DNA of 64,000 bases from assembly GCA_030264375.1 (NCBI GenBank), contig JASCQW010000098.1:55354292-55418291 (forward strand), in the 5' to 3' direction. Below are positions 62,368-64,000 of this stretch, piece by piece. Origin of the DNA: Carcharhinus longimanus (taxonomy: Eukaryota). The translations under genes and the position numbers were made by a program. Each line of letters starts with the position of its first letter. Position 1 is the stretch's first letter. The notes under the pieces were generated by a model. That model was not told the origin of the DNA. It made no database searches and saw nothing but the letters and a program-made list of their open reading frames with translations.

Positions 62368-63731
62368 GGTGTTCAAATTGTTTTTGGCAATAACATTTTG
62401 AGCACACTGAGATTACATTGTATTCTGATTGTGTAGGCATCACTGTGTAATCATACATGCTATTCCATTATAAATGTGCATTACCTTGCTTTTATCAAAG
62501 CTGGATTTTCAACATTAAATGTAATTTGTCTTGCATGTGTCCAGTTGTAAATATGATTGCAGAACTCTTGAAAAGATATCCATTGAATTAGACGGTACAA
62601 CATTTCTGCACAATTTTCTGGTAATTCAACAGTTGATGCAATCGGCTCAAATTAATTTCACTGATAGATCCAGAGAATTTAAGCAGGGGACACAGTGAAA
62701 TTGGGGGTGGGTGAGGGATTAATGGAGAAAAATTCAAAGCATTGCCAAGCCCACCAACTTCTATGATTTACTGGAGTTGGACAATGGGCAGGAATCCAAC
62801 CCACTGCCAGAAGGCGGGCTAGTTATTTAAATATGTTACGGATGCTGAAAGACTTGGATTCAATTGTAGGTCTAACTGTTGCTGTCTACCTTTCCCAAAC
62901 TTTGGGAAATCATCAGCTACAGCTGCAGGAAGATGAGGGTAGCCTCTTGGAGATGAATATTTCCAAGTGAGTGTCAAATTCTCCATTTTTACTGGCAGTG
63001 GCAGCAGGGCGTAAACTGCCAGAGAATTCCAGCCCCAGTTAATGGAAACTGTCTGGAGTTGGGCCAGAAGCATTCGGACTGCTTTCTTCCAGCTCCTTCA
63101 CGTTTGGTTCCTTCCCCAGGCTCAGAGATCAGATCCCCCTTTGGAATTGGCACCAACAAGGTCGCACATATTGCATACAAGGCACACCACCTGCTGTGTG
63201 TCTCCAACCATATTTACCTGCTTAGTTACTCATTTAGTAAAGTAATAGAAAGTTACAATCTCCAAAAAATAGGGCCATGCACCAAAATTCTCACTTGAAC
63301 TTGCACCAAATTTCTGATCTGTTCACAAAGACTCTGTCTACAGATCACTCTCACACTGCAAATACTATCTACTTCTTTAGGGAGCCTGTGACTCGCACCC
63401 AAAGTTACTAAGTAATTAACATTTATTGAGGCAACTATCTTCAACTGAGTAACATTTACCTGCCACTGTCAGACAGTTTCCATTAACAAGTATCGGAATT
63501 CCTCGGCCATTCATGCCTGCCACTATTAGCGAAAACGGAGAAGTTGACGCTCAGCCAGATCTGTATTCACTGCAGCAGGACTGGAGAATTCCAGCTGTGG
63601 GTAAGGTCCAGGTAGGACTGAACCAAGAGAATGTGTCGTGTAACACACAAAAAAGTCAGACATAGCTAAGACATATGGATCTACCCACAGCAACACCTTT
63701 TTATTTGGAAGATGTGAATGGAGTTGAAGGA

Positions 63732-63870
63732 GAAGTTCTGAAGCAGGGTCACACAGACTTGAAACGTTAACTTTGTTTCTCTCTCCACAGGTGTTGTCAA
63801 ACCAGCTAAGTTTTTCCAGTATTTGTTGTTTTTGTTTCATATTTGCAGAATTCACAATATTTTGCTTTTA
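63732..63870 (+). mobile_element. Penelope-like family 1 end with degenerate hammerhead
   Basis: aagtt-CTGAAGC-a-gggtc-acaca-gactt-GAAA-cg-tt-aactt, then the same downstream sequence as the 5483 copy. Confidence 0.7.
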
Positions 63871-64000
63871 CTATATGAAAGAAAAGTTGTTCGATTATGA
63901 ACAACCTATAAGGTTTAGTGAGATTTATATAGAAAGGTTGTTGTGGTGTTGGGATTGGTTGGTCCTTGTCTGTCCAAGGAAGAAGTGGAGAGCTCTCAGA

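Overview
Eukaryotic, CpG-depleted, repeat-dense DNA from a draft assembly with N gaps. The repeat content (HE1-like tRNA SINEs, CR1/HER1-like LINE tails, Rex1/Babar-like LINEs, Penelope-like ends, Harbinger fossils) points to an elasmobranch (shark), inferred from family recognition without a database search. I find no intact protein-coding gene; nearly all listed ORFs are spurious or decayed TE fragments. The only host-gene signal is a CpG-island promoter with a probable non-coding first exon ending at a splice donor at 2693/2694; the rest looks like one long intron. Most notable: (1) two families of minimal hammerhead-ribozyme motifs in Penelope-like ends, including TSD-flanked palindromic units; (2) one SINE body carrying two different tails that match two different LINEs in the window; (3) a LINE whose endonuclease is preceded by a tRNA-like head shared with a SINE; (4) a fossil two-gene Harbinger transposon hosting a four-layer nested insertion; (5) a Gypsy LTR end joined to an oppositely oriented gag. 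These are variants of known mobile-element biology. I cannot claim a wholly new system.
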